DNA from: Eledone cirrhosa
Taxonomy: Eukaryota
Direction: 5' to 3'
NCBI GenBank assembly: GCA_964016885.1
Contig: OZ024763.1
Location: forward strand, 24,552,001 to 24,616,000
Length of the DNA: 64,000 nucleotides
In this document: in pieces, positions 60,925 through 64,000 of the stretch
How the letters are laid out: every line of letters starts with the position of its first letter
Position numbering within the stretch: position 1 is the stretch's first letter
Notes under the pieces: generated by a model
Databases searched by the model: none
What the model was told of the DNA's origin: nothing
The model's input: only the letters and a program-made list of their open reading frames with translations
Made by a program: the position numbers and the translations under genes

Positions 60925-61879
60925 ATCATTATATATATATATGTAATGTTCTGCATTTTATGATAAACGGAAGTAGGAGCTTTATAAACGTTACTTTTTG
61001 AAGAAGAGAGTTCCATAAAGGAATATAAATGAACGCTAAATTATCTCTCCTTACCCCGCCCATTGCTCACCTAGTTCACCTATGCCACCCTATAAAGCTG
61101 GTCCAGTCATCACTGTTTGATGTTTACGAAAGGGTTAACTAAACATTAAAAATGGCGTTAACGGCCATAATGAATTCAAAATGGCCGATTTGCTGTTAAG
61201 CATGTTTGTGTGTATGTGAGGTGGTTTTTTTTTTGGGGGGGGGGGTTATATTGTGGTTGTTTTTGTATATTTTCTGTTGCTATTTTATTATGATTTGGTG
61301 ATTATTGTGATGGTGGTGGTTGTGGTGGTGGTGATGCTGGTGCTGGTGATGATTGTGATGTTGGTGGGGTGATGGTGGTCATGGTGGTGGGCATAGGGCT
61401 GGTGGTGGTGATGATTGTGGTTGTGGTGGTGGTGGTGGTGGTGGTGTTGGTGCTGGTGTTTGTGGTTGTGGTTGTGGTGACGGTCATGGTGCTGGTGGTG
61501 GTAGTGTTAGTGGTAGTTGTTGATCTGGTCGTGGTAGTGGCCGTTGTGGTGATGGTCATGGTGGTGATGTTTGTAGTGTCTGTGGTGGTGGTGGTGGTGG
61601 TGGTGGTGGTAGTGGTCCTGGTGGTGATGGTGGTTGTGATGATTTTGATGGTGGCAGTGGTTATGGTAGTGACGGTGTGGTGTGTGTTTTTAAAGGTTGC
61701 ACAGATTAATGTGTTTATATAACTGGAAGGTGGAAATAGATTAATAGAATCAGTAGAGCACGAAAGACACACAAAAATAATATACAATGTCGTAATAATG
61801 TTCAATTTTCGCCTCGTTATGTTCTGTTCAAGAACGTTCTGTTTAATCCCACCATTTTTTATATAAAAATAAAATATGT

Positions 61880-62712
61880 AGCATGTGGTTAGAATGTCTG
61901 AGGAAAGAATCACTGGACAGATTTGTAGCTCGGAGATCAGAGAGTCACTCCAGGTGGAGCCGCTACTTCTGTAATACAACTCCGATACTACGGAGATGTG
62001 GTTAGAATGTCTCAGGAAAGTATTAGTGGACAGGTTTGTAGCTCGGAGGTCAGAGTGTCACTCTATGTAGAGCTACTACTTCTCTTCATTGAGAGCTCAC
62101 AGCTCCGATACTACGGTCATGGGGTTAGAATGTCTTAGGAAAGTATTAGTGGACAGGTTTGTAGCTCGGAGGTCAGAGTGTCACTCTATGTAGAGCTACT
62201 ACTTCTCTTCATTGAGAGCTCACAGCTCCGATACTACGGTCATGGGGTTAGAATGTCTTAGGAAAGAATTAGTGGACAGGTTTGTAGCTCGGGGGTCAGA
62301 GTGTCACTCTATATAGAACCACTACTTCTCTTCATTGAGAGCTCACAGCTCCGATACTACGGTCATGGGGTTAGAATGTCTTAGGAAAGAATCGCTGGAC
62401 CGATTTGTAGCTCGGAGATCAGAGACTCACTCCAGGTAGAGCTGCTACTTCTCTGAATTGTGAGATCACAGCTGGACAGATTTTACGGTCAAAACCAACT
62501 GGCAGGAGACCCATGGGTTAGACACCCAGCAAGATGGTTGGATAACATCCATGAGTTTGGCTGGTCTCGCTTGGGGATCCAGCCGGATCAGTGGGAGACG
62601 GTTGCTTCTGACATGACCCGCTGGAAGGAGTGTTTGAGGACTCTACTCCCACAACTTTCTCGGGAATAAGTGGGCGAACAAGAAGAAGACGAAGAAGAAG
62701 GAGAAGAAGAAG
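61880..62712 (+). mobile_element. RTE-clade-like LINE 3' end with an internal 123-bp tandem amplification and a (GAA)n tail
   Basis: The QLRYYGH.VRMS..R motif repeats at 62101, 62224 and 62347. It is followed by RHPARWLDNI..LGIQPDQWETVASDMTRWKECL* and then gaagaagacgaagaagaa. Confidence 0.7.
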
Positions 62713-63236
62713 TTAGAAAGTCTGATAGACTGCTGTATGGTATTCCTTCCGGCTCGCTGCTCTCTGAGTTGAAATTACACCAATTCTCCCTCAACATCTC
62801 TTCCACACTTCTCTCCCATCCTCTCGTATGCCTTCTTTCCCTGGTAGAAACCTTCGGCTGTGTTGAAACCAGCTTTAAACATTACAGAAACAAACGCTGT
62901 ATGACGTTAAAGGGGACCTAAATCTTCATGTGGATTTAGGGGTAAAAGGAAAGTATATACCAGTTATGAACCGAGGTTAATGCCCGGGAGAGATTCTATG
63001 GCGTTGTGTTCATTGTATGTTGCTTGTGAACAAAAATATTTCCAAAATAGTTCGCCATTAATAATATATGATATATACTTAAACAATACCTCCGGCTGAA
63101 TAGACTAGACGAACAGACATCAACTCCTTTACACCCACCTACAGATATGCTAATATCAAACTTCAGTCACACTCACATATGTATATGTAAACACACACAC
63201 ACACACACACACAAACATATACACACACACATAAAC

Positions 63237-63298
<62 letters not shown>

Positions 63299-63320
63299 AC
63301 ACACACAGAAACATATATAC

Positions 63321-63373
<53 letters not shown>

Positions 63374-63780
63374 ATATATGTATATATATGTATATGTATA
63401 TATATATATATTTATATAAATATATATGTGTTCATATATATATATATAAACATATCTATATTTATATATAAATACATACACACACACACACACACACACC
63501 TACACTCACACACACACACATTCACACAGACACACACACAAACACACATATATATTTATATACACAGTGTTTATGGTGTTACAGCTAACGAAAGTTGATC
63601 CTATAAACATAGGCTGTCGTAACGCCATTGTGATAACGATAGCAGTAGGAATATATCGTGATGTATTCAGCTCTAATTCAATTTATGTCATATTTTATTT
63701 TGATGCCGCCATCTTGAACTGCTAGCTAAGTTGTAGAGCCAACATTTTCAATTATCGATGAAGCTATTAAGGTGTCTCCC

Positions 63781-63847
<67 letters not shown>

Positions 63848-64000
63848 GCTCTTTCTTTCTATATATGGATATATATATATGTATACATATATATATATAT
63901 ATATGTATATATATGTGTGTGTCTATATGTGTGTGTGTGTGTGTGTGTGTATATATCTGTATGTGTATATATATATATATGTATGTATATATATTTATAT

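Overview
AT-rich animal genomic DNA dominated by (TA)n, (CA)n, (GA)n, (GGT)n and (TAA)n microsatellites. The SINE repertoire suggests an octopod cephalopod (inference). I see no host protein-coding gene, and nearly all ORFs in the supplied track are microsatellite translations. The non-microsatellite islands are mostly mobile DNA: a young-looking, 5'-truncated Penelope-like element (RT C-terminus plus GIY-YIG endonuclease) with ~1.55-kb inverted pseudo-LTRs (5731-9567), other PLE remnants, tRNA-derived SINEs, two non-autonomous Helitrons, Tc1, R4/Dong-like and RTE-like fragments, and minisatellites. The most striking signal is that roughly a dozen apparently different families of short non-coding islands, most embedded in (TA)n, each carry a hand-foldable type I hammerhead ribozyme (HHR). 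Several have rare core variants (U3-A8 compensatory pair, A4, C4), and one sits in a 485-bp retrozyme-like tandem array. Many islands share one asymmetric fold-back architecture: a long arm with a 3' tail, and a short inverted arm that stops at an internal TA-like motif. All folds and alignments were done by eye, so coordinates may be off by a few nt.
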